From NCBI RefSeq assembly GCF_018350175.1, contig NC_058368.1:147128001-147192000 (forward strand): DNA of 64,000 bases, given 5' to 3'. Each line of letters starts with the position of its first letter. Position 1 is the first letter of the stretch. Origin of the DNA: Felis catus. Lineage: Eukaryota. The notes beneath the pieces were generated by a model. The model was not told the DNA's origin and did not search any database. It saw only the letters and a program-made list of their open reading frames with translations. Below, in pieces: positions 51,394 to 64,000 of this stretch. The position numbers and the translations under genes were made by a program.

Positions 51394-54300
51394 AAAAGAA
51401 TCATGCATCATGAACAAGTGGGGATATGCTTGGGCTGCAGAGCTGGTTCAATATTCACAAATCAATTAGTGTGGTACACCACATTAATAAAAGAAAGGAT
51501 GAAAATCATATGATCCTCTCAACAGATGCAAAGCATCTGGCAAAACATAGCATCCTTTCTTAACAAAAATTATCAAGAAAGTAGGGATATGAGGAACATA
51601 CCTCAAGATCATAAGGCCATCTACAAAAGACCCATAGCTAATATCATCCTCAATGGGGAAAAACTGAGAGCTTTCTCCCAAAGGTCAGGAATGTCCACTC
51701 TCACCACTGTTGTTCAACATAGTACTCTAAGTCCCAGCCTCAGCAACCAGACAACAAAAAAATTATAAGGCATACAAACTGGCAAGGAGGAAGTCAAACT
51801 TTCTCTCTTCACAGATGACACAATACTCTAAGTGGAAAACTCAAAAAACTCCATCAAAAAATTGCTAGAATTGATAAATGAATTTAGCAAAGTCACAGGA
51901 TATAAAATCAATGTACAGAAATTGGTTGCATTTCTATACATCAGCAGTGGAGCAGCAGAAATAGAAATTGAAGAATTGATCCTATTTGCAATTGCACCAA
52001 AAAACAAAAATTATCTAGGAATAAACCTAACCAAAGATGTAAATTACCTGTATGCTTAAAACTATAGAAAACTTATGAAAGAAATTGAAGAGGACACAAA
52101 GAAATGAAAAACATTCCATGTTCATGAATTGGAAGAACATATATGGTTAAAATGTCTATACTACCTGAAGCAATCTACACATTCAATACAATCCCTATCA
52201 AAATAACACTAGCATTCTTCACAGAGCTAGAACAAACAATTCTACAATGTGTATGCAACCAGAAAAGACCCTGAATAGCCAAAGTAATGTTGAAAAAGAA
52301 AACTGTAGCTGGAGGCATCACAATTCCAGACTTCAAGCTGTATTATACAAAGCTAAAATCATCAAGACAATATGGTACTGGCACAAAAACAGACACATAT
52401 ATTAATGGGACAGAATAAAGCACCCAGAAATGGACCCACAAATGTATGGCAAACTAATCTTCAACAAAGCAGGAAAGACTATCCAATGGAAAAAACAGTC
52501 TATTCAACAAATGGTGCTGGGAAAATTGGTCAGTGACATGCAGAAGAATGAAACTTGGTCACTTTCTTACACAATACACAAAAATAAATTCAAAATGAAT
52601 AAAGATCTAAGTGTAAGACAGGAAACCATCAAAATCCTAGAAGAGAACACAGGCAGTAACCTCTTTGAACTTGGTTGTAGTAACTTCTTACTAGACATGT
52701 CTCTCGAGGCAAGGGAATCAAAAGCAAAAAAAAAAAAAAATCAATCTATCTTTAATCAAGATAAAAGTCTTCTGCACAGCGAAGGAAACAATCAACAAAC
52801 AAAACTATAAAGCAGCCGATGGAACGAGAGAAGATATTTGTGAAGGACATATCGGATAAAGGGTTAGTATCCAAAATTTATAAAGAACTTACCCAATTCA
52901 ACACCCAACACACAAAGAATCCAGTAAAGAAATGGGCAAAAGACATGAACAGACACTTTTCCAAAGAAGACATTCAGATGGCTAACATCACATGAAAAAA
53001 TGCTCAACATCACTCATCATAAGGGAAACAGAAATCAAACCCACAATGAGATAACACTTCACACCTGTCAGAATGGCTAAAGATATTGGAGAGCATGCAG
53101 AGAAAGGGGAACACTTTTGCATTGTTGGTGGGAATGCAGACTGGTGCAGCCACTCTGGAAAACAGTATGGAGGTTCCTCAAAAAATTAAAACTAGAATTA
53201 CTGATGATACAGCAATTGCACTACTAGGTCTTTACCAAATGGGCACATGAACCCCATGTTTATAGTAGCACCATCAACAATAGCCAAATTATGGAAAGAG
53301 CCCAAATGTCCATCAGCTGATTAATGGATAAAGAAGAGATGGCATATATATACACAATGGAATATTACTTAGTGATCATAAACAATGAAATCTTGCCATT
53401 TGCAACAACGTGGATGGAACTAGAGTGTAATGTTAAGTGAAATAAGTCAGTCAGAGAAAGACAAATATCATATGATTTTACTCATATGTGGAATTTAAGA
53501 AACAACAGATGACCCTAGGGGAAGGGATGGAACAATAAGAAAAGCAGAGAGGGAGGCAAACCTTAAGAAACTCTTAAATACAGAGAACAAACTGAGGGTT
53601 GCTGGAGGGGTGCTAGGTGGACGATGGGCTAAATGCGTGATGGGTGTTAAGGAGGGCACTTGTTGGGATGAGCACTGGGTGTTATATGTAAGTTAGGAAT
53701 CGCTAAATCCTACTCTTGAAACAATACTACAGTATATGTTAACTAAAATTTAACTTAAAAAATACTTTTAAAAGACTTTTTATGTGCCTGTATTGTTTTT
53801 CTGTGAGAGTTCATTATCACCTTCAGACTAAAAGCAAACTAATAATAATAATAATTTTATCCCCTTAAAAGAGGTATTTAATTATTATAGTTAAGTTGAT
53901 AAAGTTATGTTTAATCTAAATTTCTCTAAAAGTCAACCACTGTCCTATTCCATTGAGGTTATTTCCACTTATAACTAGTGGGATAAAGAGAACTTAAAGT
54001 TGATTTGTACTTTGGAAGGCAGAATGATGTGTAAGGTTAAGGTAGGCAATAAAGTGGGACAAAATAAAGTGAAAAGTCAGGACTGAAACATTAATAAGGT
54101 GTTTCTCAGTAAAAATACCGCAAAAGGATGTTATTGTGGTTTATTAAAACATGGCAATGACTGAAGCTCTCAAACATAATTTGCCAAACCCAGATGCAAT
54201 CTAGTGACATTGTCTCACAGTGTTGTGCAATTTTTGCTATTAATTTTAATTTCTAAAGCTTTATCATGACTACAATCCCACAAATGCATTTCATAACAGG

Positions 54301-55406
54301 CAACTAAGCTGATTTTTAAAAAAATGGTCTCTGCAATGATTTTTAACAATAAAATATAGGCATTTTTGTTCTCATCTATTTTAAACCTTAATTGTATATT
54401 CATTAGCTTGGGGTCAAAAGTGTATAAATGTGCCATTTCCACTATCTGGAATTCTCTTTGCACATGTAGCTACAGATTAGAAAAATCATGTGTAATCCAA
54501 GAAGCAATTTCTGCAAATGCACGCAAAAATAAATTCATCAAACAAAACAATTCTGGTAAACACATGGAGCCATATAATTAAAGAAATATATATAGGATAT
54601 GTAAAAATTCACAAGAAACCTGAACAAAGGAAAAATCTGAAGGGGATTCTGGCCCAGTTCCTAAGGTATGGAAATCATGTTACCTGGCCATAGATCAACT
54701 TTTCATTCTACTAAATTCCTGTAAATCAATGCCTGTACATTGCACCTAATAATGTCAAATCATGGATTTCCATGTTAAAAATGACCTCTGACTCCAAATA
54801 CATAGTAAACAAAATCGCTCAACTACTTAAATCAAAATTCTGTAATAGCTCCATGGAAAAAGCCCCAAACTTTTTAGTATGTGTGAATCCTAAGGCACAC
54901 TTACCTCACTCGCTAAATTTGAACATGTTCCTCTAGCAACTTATACACAAGTCATGATTTTCTATATGATGTTCCCCAGATTCTCACCTAGCATCTTTGA
55001 TCATGCTGCTCTGTAGGCTTTTAGTCTCCATTGAAAGGCATTTTCCAAGGCCCACCTAAAAAGCTATTCTCCCATAGGCTTTCTCATGATAATTATTTCT
55101 TCCACTAAACCCACCATATACTGGGTATTCCTTCTCTTCAGCACACGCTCAATGACTTGTTACATGTTATTAATGTGCTCTCCCCAACAGGGGTATAGTC
55201 TTACACAGAAATCATGCTTTAATCATCTTTTCTGTCTTCCTAATGTGTAGTTTACTTACATATTACTTACTTAAGGTAAGTCCTCAGAAAGCATTTAACT
55301 GGATAAAATACAATGTGCTGGAATTATTACCATCCATCCCATTTTAGGGAAATCACTTACGATCTTGGTATATCATGTTTTTTTTCTGTTTAAAAAAGTA
55401 GCTGGC

Positions 55407-55630
55407 GGGGCGCCTGGGTGGCGCAGCCGGTTAAGCGTCCGACTTCAGCCAGGTCACGATCTCCCGGTCTGTGAGTTCGAGCCCCGCGTCGGGCTCTGGG
55501 CTGATGGCTCAGAGCCTGGAGCCTGCTTCTGATTCTGTGTCTCCCTCTCTCTCTGCCCTTCCCCTGCTTACGCTCTGTCTTTCTCTGTCTCAAAAATAAA
55601 GATAAACATTTTAAAAAAATAAAATAAAAT
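55407..55630 (+). mobile_element. Young SINEC_Fc-type Can-SINE
   Basis: Perfect 15-bp TSD aaaaaagtagctggc at 55392-55406 and 55631-55645. Confidence 0.96.
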
Positions 55631-55867
55631 AAAAAAGTAGCTGGCTGATGATAATAAATAAAAGAGTATGAGTTGAAAAACCCTCAGCTATTGAAAGAGG
55701 GTGCTGAAGACATTTTTGGTATTCGCGTTATCTAATCTGTACATTATATGTTCTGTGCATGTGAAACCACTTCTAAGACGGAGAAAGAAAACATGCATTT
55801 TTTATTTTCTTGAAGTGTCAAAAGTTGTGGCCAAATGTTAACAGATGGCCTATGTGGAAACCTTCTA

Positions 55868-56050
55868 GGGGAGCCTGGATGGCTCAGCTGTTTAAGCTCT
55901 TGATTTCGGCTCATGTCATAATCTCACAGTGGTGAAATAGAGCTCCTTTTGCTCTGAGCCTGGAACTGGCTTAAGATTCTCTCCCTCCCTCTCACTCTGC
56001 CCCTCCCTGGCTTTCAGGCACTGCATGTGCTATCTCTCACATAAAAAAAA
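55868..56050 (+). mobile_element. Older diverged Can-SINE
   Basis: ggggagcctggatggctcagctg...gattctctccctccctctc...A-tail. Confidence 0.85.
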
Positions 56051-56279
56051 TTTGCAATATTTATACCCCAAGAATTTCAACATTTTTAACCCTCAACACA
56101 CTTTACAGTCAACGTACATATATCCCAGTTTCAGATTTCATAGCCAATTTGGACTCAGCTGAATCATCCTGTCCTCTGTCACCATGAAGAAAAGTCACAC
56201 TTTGGGCTGTGATTTGTATTCTTTCTGAAATGACTCTGGTCATTCCTTGGCAGTCACCTTGTCCCATCCCATGTGTTAC

Positions 56280-56461
56280 CTGAATCCATGGCCATCTGTC
56301 ATTTTCTGCAGCTGTCCATGCATTTATAAGCCCCTTCTTATTGAGACGTGCATAGTAGGGATACCATTTCTGGAGTCCAAAAAGAGCTCGGTGGGTAGAG
56401 GAGGCTGTGATTTGCTGATTTGATATGATTCCACCTTCGATTCCCAATGGGCCTGAGCATT
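56280..56461 (-). CDS. EDIL3: EDIL3 coding exon 6 (182 nt, phase 1 to 0), N-terminal part of discoidin domain C1
   Basis: Acceptor ttcccag|AATGC and donor CAG|gtaaca. Encodes [60 protein letters not shown]. Confidence 0.97.
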
Positions 56462-58674
56462 CTGGGAACAAATCAGGAAAAATTGTGAATGTATTAGAAA
56501 TAATCCACATTTAAAATGTGGCTGTTAGATTTGATGGGAGATATTTTTTAAATGAATTTATTTTGTACCATCATGCTTTTGGAACTCCTCATGAAGGAAA
56601 TGATTCTTTCTCCTGATGACACTCTCTTCTTCCTTTGCTTTGAGTGTGGCACCTCAATAGATATGCCTTCCTGCATTATGACTCTGCATTATGCACTGTC
56701 ATCCCTGGGCTGTTGATCACATCAACCAAAGTGCAATGCCCTTAAAGGACCTACATCATAGTTTACATTTTCAGAAATTAGCATACCTCATTAATCGCAA
56801 GCCTTCAATAAATATCTTTGATCCATTGTTTCTTGACTAGCCTATATCTGAGTTTTGTGTCAAAATCATTTTCATACTGACTTTACATTTCCCACCACTA
56901 TAAACTTTTTTAACTTTAATTTTTATAAACATCATCAGATATGCTTCCAACAAAAATGGCAACATGTAAATATGGCAACTTTTAATAATAACTTGAAATA
57001 TGTTACAATAGAAACATGTAGACAAATTATTTTCATGAAGTTAAGTAGGTAAATTCTCTGAATTATACATAACTTACATACACCAATAAGTAAATTAAGA
57101 TGTTAAAATATTTATATTTCTAATATTTTAAATTCAAAATTCATAGCTAAACATATAGGTGTTTTGTACTAACATTTTAATTTTATTTTATTCAAATTTG
57201 TTATCTTGGAAACTTAAGAAAAATTTCTTAATAAAAATTTTAAATTCTAACATTAAGTGTAATGCAATTCAAATAATACGTTCTTGGATATCAAATGGCA
57301 AATCTACCTGAAAAGTATATATATGAATTTCTTATTTCATAAATTTCACTACAAACTAAATTTATTAAGGTTTGAAAATTCAGAATAAGTACTATTATGA
57401 TACTTCTCTTAATTTAGGTTATACATTATACTCAACATTTTGTCAAGTTAGATGTGTACAATAAACATGATAATTTCATTATAAAGTATACTATGCTGAT
57501 TGATAAGAATTCCTGAAAAGATGAAAGGAGTACACTGACATTACTTATCAGTATATATAAGCCAACTTGATCAGTGATTGTCACCAAGCATACTCTGGAT
57601 TTTAATAACTATTGAAGCCCAACACTTGTCACTAATTAAATGTTTACACTTAGAATATAAAAGAAATAATTTTGCAGCTGCACTATAAAAGTTAATTTTA
57701 TTTATCTTAAAAAATTAAAAAGATGTTTCTCATTGGTAACCATTTTTTCATTAAACATAAACATGTTTCTCCTTTGTATTCCATATTCAGGGAATAGGTA
57801 GCTCAAGCACATTACCTACTAACATTTCTCCAATGGCTTTAAAACCTTGGGATGCTTTTTATAAAATGGATGAAAATATGTGGAAAACTAATGATCTTAA
57901 TCAGACTTTATCAGTAAAGGAGGCATTAGTACAACAAAAATTGTACCTTGGTTATTGACAACTGATAAATTATATACTTTTAGGTAGACGTACTCTATCA
58001 CTTTGAAGTCATTCAATTAAGAAGCCATTCATTTTTAGAAATGCAATATTGGGAGAGGTAATAATCTGATTTTCACATTCCAGAGAAACTAACCTCAAAA
58101 CCTCAGATGTTGAACCTCTGGATTCTTGTTTTGCTTTCCACTTTAAACTTCAAAATCTTTCCAGACTTCATAAAAGCACTAGGAGACTTTCATGATGATA
58201 CTTTGATTTTAGACAATTGCAGGAGGCTGGCTTTTTAAGGATATTGCCATGAAAGGAATCTCAAGCATCCTTGTCTTGAATTTGTGCAACATTTGGATGG
58301 GAAAATGCCACAGGCAAGGAGACCATTTACAAGTCAGTAAATAGGAGACTATAGGCCAGTCGGTAGAACAGCAGAGTGAAAGAGCCAGCTTTAATTTAAT
58401 TAATTTAATTTAATTTAATATATAATTAAACTCCATGATGGCCTTAGAAAAAACTCTACACCATTTAGTTGGGTACTTCTAAAACCCTTATGTTGAATTG
58501 GACATTCTCGCCAAATCTGTAACCATTTTAAAAGGGAGAGATTAGACCTCAAACCACACTATTCAGTAAGTCTACTTCACTGATACTCTTAACCTCCCAA
58601 CTTCCACTTGTTAATTAACATGTCAGCAAACACTGTTATATTATCAGATAAGTCCAATATCCATGAACAATTAA

Positions 58675-58694
58675 AATATATATATATATATATA

Positions 58695-58725
<31 letters not shown>

Positions 58726-58752
58726 ATTTGCGTCTATATACCTATATGTATA
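58675..58752. repeat. Interrupted (TA)n microsatellite
   Basis: Direct reading of the sequence. Confidence 0.93.
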
Positions 58753-58962
58753 TCATTTTTTACTCTGGCATAAGGATCCCGATCTTAGTTATGCCCTCAC
58801 TACACATACATTCAAACAAAACACAATCAAAAAATATAAAGTGACGTGTTATATCTTTATAGGGCTTTACAGCTTATAAAACATTTTTACATGAGCTTTC
58901 CCACTGCTGTGATGCCAAATTTATTGGTATTTCTTTTCTCAGTCTTCAACTCCACACTTTTA

Positions 58963-59200
58963 TTTATTTTTTTATTTATTTTTTGTTAAAATTTTTTTTA
59001 ATGTTTATTTATTTTTAAGACAGAGAGAGACAGAGCATGAATGGGGGAGGGTCAGAGAGAGGGAGACACAGAATCTGAAGCAGGCTCCAGGCTCTGAGCT
59101 GTCAGCACAGAGCCCGATGCGGGGCTCGAACTCACAGACCATGAGATCATGACCTGAGCTGAAGTTGGAAGCTCAACTGCCTGAGCCACCCAGGCGCCCC
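58963..59200 (-). mobile_element. Can-SINE (SINEC_Fc-type), full length
   Basis: Perfect 17-bp TSD tcaactccacactttta at 58946-58962 and 59201-59217. Confidence 0.96.
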
Positions 59201-60533
59201 TCAACTCCACACTTTTAAAAAATAAGTTTTTATAATGTTTGCTTGCATACTGTATGTTGCAAATCAATAAAGCACACCAGAGGAAACGTGAGTATGTGTG
59301 GGGTTCTTGAATGAAGCATGTATCCTTCAAGTGCCAGCTTACTTCCTTACTGTCTAGTGGTCCTCAGTTTTTCTTGTTTTAAAAATTGGGGTTATGGTGG
59401 CACTGTGATTTACCAGCTGTGAGAAGTGCTTCTCTTCTATAACTAAAAATTTTTTAAAAAGAATGTCACTTGCATGTTTCTCTTTAGAGCATACTACTGA
59501 GGTGATCCTGGACTTTTAGCTTCTCTGGGGCAGGCACTGGGTCCCACACAGTGTTGCACCCTTAGGTGCCCGTGGTGGTTTGTACATACACTGAGTTTAG
59601 TCAATAGGTGATGCATGTTGGTATTGGGGGTTATGTTTTTCCACAAAGTAAACTCGTAAGCAAATCCGTGGCATATACTTTATTTCACACCGAAAGTTGT
59701 CACAACAGTAGCTCTTCTTCACTAGCTAATCATTTGGATCACAATCAAATGGATGTCATCATAATAAAAAAGTTCAAAATCCAATTTCCTTTTGCCTGTG
59801 CTATCCACTTCCCCAATGTCCTATTAAATTCAGCAGTTACAAAAACTAATGAAGGAGTTGCAATTCAGAATGCAAATGATTATACACCTAAGATTAAGTG
59901 ACCTTAAGCAGTGAACAATAAGATGCTCAAAATAAAAATATGGAGATACATATCATCATCACTATCAACAAATAGAGAACAAATATGAAATAATAATTGA
60001 TGAACAACATAATACTAGATGCGCATTCTGAAGTTCAAAAAGAGCATTCACATGTATTTTCTCACATCAGCAAAATGGTACTTCAAAGAAAAAAGGTTAA
60101 CACACTTATTTCATAAATGAGAAAACCTTTGTGAAGGGAAGTTAAGCTTCCAGATGAACTTCAATTCCAGATGAGCCTGAAACTGAAGCCGATTCTTTGC
60201 CCATAAAATAATAGCAACTGAAGAGCAAGTGAAGAGTTAAGTAATTCTTCAAAGGTTAATTCTGGATCTTTTTCTTCTGCTGTTATTTTATATGGGGTGT
60301 GTGTGTACTTATACCAGGAGACAGGATAGGACAATTAACATCAAGATAACATGTATTGTATCACTAGTGACATTCAGGATAAGACAGAGCTTTCCTAAAT
60401 TGGGATACATTAAAACAATGGATGACAGTTTATGGCAGAGAGCCACGGAAGTAAATATTGAGGTTTTCATGGTGGTTTATGCCCCATAGGTGTTAAAAAA
60501 TTCACCTACTACCATTATTGGCCTATGAACTGT

Positions 60534-60721
60534 TTATCTAATAGGGATAGGCTAATTCACTTCCAACTAATTTATTGACCTCTTACTATGTGCCCAACCA
60601 TCCATCAATCCTCCATTCATTTAATTTGGTTATCTAATAGGGATAGGCTAATTCACTTCCAGCTAATTTATTGACCTCTTACTATGTGCCCATCCATCCA
60701 TCAATCCTCCATTTAATTTGG
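60534..60721. repeat. Tandem duplication of a 96/92-bp unit
   Basis: Copies at 60534-60629 and 60630-60721 differ by two substitutions and one 4-bp indel. Confidence 0.95.
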
Positions 60722-60724
60722 TAT

Positions 60725-61640
60725 TGAAAACTGCGTATTTATTAAAGGCATCCTATGTATTAGGGACTTTTCTAGGCAGTGGCAATACCAGGATAAACAA
60801 AGCAGAGAAGGTCTCAGGTCTCAAAGACTTCATATGCTAGTGGGGAGATAAACTGTAAACAAATACCTGAATAAACAAGAAAATACTACGAAATGATAAG
60901 TAAAGAAAAAAGATGGGTGAGGCAAGTGGAGGTGTGTTGGGTGATCAGAGATGGCTCTTTCAAGAGGTGTCACTAAATCTGATCTGCGGGTGAGTGAGAA
61001 GCAGGAGCTAGCTACTGTAGTAAGTTTGTTGCACTGGTTTCCTCAAGGAGCTTTTAGTCCAGTGGAAGAGACACACACAGAAATTAAAAACAACAACAAA
61101 CACATTTTAATATGGTATCTGTGATAGTGGATGAACAGAATTCAATGGGAAGAAGTAATCATAAACCACTTGGGGCTCACGGAAGGCTCTCCAGGAAAAG
61201 AGTAGGAGCTAGCAGAGTGAAGAAAGAAAGAAGGGAAGACACAGAGACAGGAACCAGCTTGGTATGATTAGAGAAGCAGAGGCATTTCAATACCACTAGA
61301 CCAGGATGAATTGGGGTGGGGATGGTCAAGAGATGAAGTGTAGACAGACCAGAACTTGCTGAGAGAACTTGCTTGGATTTTTTGAAGGATTCTAAATATG
61401 GTCATATTTTCATTTAATACCAATCATTCCTGCTATACTGCAGAAGGTAGGTTTAAGAGGGGAAAAATTATGGCCGAATAGCAGGCTACTACAATTGTAG
61501 AAATGCAAAATGATGCAGATCTGAAAGAGGGATGAAGAAGAGGAAGGGTTCAAAGAATATTTAGAAGGTAAAGTTGGGCAGACCTAGTAATAATGAAATG
61601 TCCGGTGGAGGAGAGAAATGCAGTATGTTCAAAGATGCCA
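60725..61640 (-). mobile_element. L2 relics
   Basis: tatttattaaaggcatcctatgta...ttctaggcagtggcaatac...ctagtggggaga and a downstream purine-rich L2 body. Boundaries are approximate. Confidence 0.65.
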
Positions 61641-62007
61641 GGCAGCATAGACAGTGTCCCCTTTAGTTGGGATTCCCATATTTCACAAATAACACTGTTG
61701 AATCCTATCTTTCCCTGAAAATTTTGTCAAATATTACTCTTGCTGTTGGATTTAACTTGGGAGGACCTTCTTTTGTCCCACCTGCTGCTGTCATGCAGAC
61801 CCTACTGAGCTGCAGCCACATCAATCAGGCTGCAAGGACAGGATTGAAAAGTGAAAATCTGCCTCAATGCTCAAGCCATACTCAGAACTACCTACCCCCA
61901 ACTCATTCACATGTATTGTGTGCGTACATCTGTTGTCCCACAAAACAGTGAGCCCCTCTGCAAATAGGGATTATATCCCTCATGGCATCCGGCAGTAAAC
62001 TTTGATC

Positions 62008-62204
62008 TTTTTTAAAAAAAAAATTTTAAGTTTATTTATTTATGAGATAGGGAGGGAGCATGAGTGGGGGAGGGGCAGAGAGAGGGGGTCTGATGATCTA
62101 CACTGACAGCAGAGATCCTAATGCAGGGCTGGAACTTAAGAAACGTGAGATCATGACCTGATCCGAAGTCAGACGCTCAATCAACTGAGCCACCCAGGCA
62201 CCCC
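62008..62204 (-). mobile_element. Can-SINE, internally shortened
   Basis: gagatcatgacctgatccgaagtcagacgctc...gagccacccaggcacccc; flanks cagtaaactttgat / cagtaagccttgat. Confidence 0.92.
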
Positions 62205-64000
62205 AGTAAGCCTTGATTTTATCAGACAGTAAATATTTGCAGAGGGAGCTATTTTTTAAAAAATAAACATGAAAGATAAACTACAAAAATGACAGGTAAT
62301 ATTGTAACATTTTATTTGTGTAATTCATTTTTAAATTAAAAATTATTTTCACCTATTCTCTCAAGAGTACACAGATACAGAGGCCTCCTTTGGAAATTGT
62401 TTGTATGCTGAGGAAAGAAGAACACTTCTTTACTAATGAAAAACATGGCCTGACAGTCAAGCGAATTACTTCTCTTTCAACCAGTTGCCACACAACAGCT
62501 ACCAAGTACTTCTAAAAATTGTCCACCGTTATCCCTAAGGTGGGCCTAGTGGCAATTTGATCAGTGGCAATTATGGTAGCAGAATACGGTAGTCTCTATT
62601 TGCTGGCTGCTAGATCTGCGTTTACGCATCTTTAGTATCGTGCTTACTTTTGTCAGGTTCAACAACAATCCTAAATTAATGAGTCCAAGCAACATCGATT
62701 ACCAGAGGCTTTTAGACATCATTTACATGGTCAGTTAAAACAACTGCTTTCCCTGAATTGCCTGAGTGGCCTGCAAATGCCTTCTGACCTGAGCTGGACT
62801 GTTCAGACTAACTCTGCACCAGTGAGTAATGTCACCTGGCAGGTTGAGCAAGAACAGCTGGGCCAGCCAGGGCCAAGCCTCAGGTGCCCTCCCTAGGGCA
62901 ACTTCCCTGCCTTTGCCAAGTCGGTGTGAATAGAATGGTTTCAAAGTGAAGTCCTTCTCACTCTGCAAACTCATTCTCTGGAGTGTGGCAAAGAATGGTG
63001 TCTGCATTTTATTGATCTTGCAGCTGACAAGTAAGCAGTGCCTCAAGATGTCTCACATCTTGTTCCTGAGTGTGCTGATTAAGCCTTTCAAATAAGAGAG
63101 ATGCACGGCTGAATCTGTAACAGGAATGCACTACTTTCATTTGCTCTATCTCAATATCCAGACATCTTCAGAATGAAAAGGATTTCAAATTAAAGCCACG
63201 TTAGAAACAAATCTCCTTTAAATGTCTCTAGTCTTCTCTTTCTCTGAGCATCTCATCTTCTCATAGGAGTGAGTCCTCTGCTGTGCTTAGCATAGCACGA
63301 TAATTGTGCTGAACACAAGCACTAGCGAATGGATTACTGATGATCTCCAAAACTGCAGAAACTAATGCTGATTCAAGCATTAACCTCCTTCTGTGCCCCC
63401 TGGACCACGGCCTTTCCTTTATTCCTCGCGTTTCTTTTATTTTAGAGCTGTCTTAAGGTCAGGCTCTGAATGGTGAGGGAGAGGTCAAGGCCACTATTCC
63501 TCACGCTGTGTGGCCTGGAGGTTAAAAGGAACTCTGAAGATTTTTTTCTTTTTTCTGGTGAGACTTGTCACCTAACCGCCCACACATTTGCTCTAATTTC
63601 TCTCAGGCTATCATTTTTCTGGTATTGGGGGTGGCATCCGAAGGCAAGAAAGGGAATGAAGACAGGAAGTATAAGAAAGGTTCCTCTCAGGGATGGGGCT
63701 TGGATGCACTGGTTTGGATGTAGGAGACAATGAGAGGTGGCAAAGGATCTCCCTGGACACAGTGTGGAAATGTGCATATGCACAACATAGCCTTCCCTCC
63801 ACTCGGTCATTCATAAATTCCCATGAGCACCCTCTCCCTGACCTCGAGTGTCAGCTTCTGGTCACAGCACTGGAAGTAATCACCTTAAAAGAACTTAGAA
63901 TGGAGATCCCATTTGGTGATGTTTGTTTCTCTCCACACCTAAATATTGCTTCTTTGTATCAGGGCATAAATTTCACATGTGACCATAGTAACACTGATTA

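Larger units (their letters stand above)
50304..53498 (+). pseudogene. L1 ORF2 (endonuclease/reverse transcriptase) remnant, disrupted and internally deleted
   Basis: Starts with the LNVNGLNAPIKRHR coding motif. The RT motif reads ttcacagatgac (FTDD) near 51808. Many stops, SINE insertions and a large deletion at about 50553-50690. Confidence 0.9.
47493..53771 (+). mobile_element. Near-full-length degenerate carnivore/felid L1, antisense to EDIL3 (intron 6)
   Basis: TSD aagacttttt at 47483-47492 and 53772-53781. Contains a GC-richer 5' UTR, ORF1 and ORF2 remnants ([29 protein letters not shown]) and a 3' UTR. Confidence 0.95.
1..64000 (-). other. EDIL3: Internal part of the EDIL3 (Del-1) transcription unit, from intron 5 to intron 9; both gene ends lie outside the window
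   Basis: Four minus-strand exons splice in frame into a continuous peptide [10 protein letters not shown]...NDQSQWLQ that matches the recalled EDIL3 discoidin domains. No EGF-repeat exons and no C-terminal VDLLVPTKV... exon were seen. Confidence 0.95.

Noticed and set aside
47493..53771. Active, retrotransposition-competent L1
   Set aside because: Both ORFs have many stops and frameshifts, ORF2 has a large deletion and SINE insertions, and the 5' UTR is CpG-depleted.
62400..63150. Possible intronic enhancer (repeat-poor, slightly GC-richer, several CAGCTG/CACCTG E-boxes)
   Set aside because: Motif density is not clearly above background, and it would need conservation or ATAC data that are not available here.
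1..64000. Most ORFs in the six-frame track as novel small genes
   Set aside because: They overlap SINEs (MAQSVK..., GAPGWRSRLS...), microsatellites (HTHTHT, LSLSLS, ERERER), L1 or L2 sequence, or are short chance frames in AT-rich intron. Only the four EDIL3 exon-containing frames and the L1 remnants are protein-like.

Overview
This is mammalian genomic DNA, not prokaryotic, and the many SINEC_Fc-type Can-SINEs and felid/carnivore L1 ends point to a felid (cat family). The whole window lies inside the EDIL3 (Del-1) gene on the minus strand. Four internal coding exons are present, all with canonical AG/GT boundaries: 56280-56461, 18609-18764, 16849-16993 and 12197-12381 (exons 6-9 by recalled human numbering). 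They encode the first F5/8 type C (discoidin) domain and the start of the second. The rest is AT-rich intron containing about 20 Can-SINEs, a near-full-length degenerate L1, older L1/L2/MIR relics, a Charlie1-type hAT transposon, LTRs and microsatellites. The most notable observation is a young, CpG-rich, 422-bp ERV1-type solo LTR (11771-12192) inserted inside the 5' splice site of exon 9. Its 4-bp target-site duplication is the GTAA of the donor itself, and its intact promoter motifs point antisense into the exon. Almost all other ORFs in the track are repeat or microsatellite artefacts. I see no new multi-gene system. Repeat family names come from recalled consensus sequences, not from a database search.
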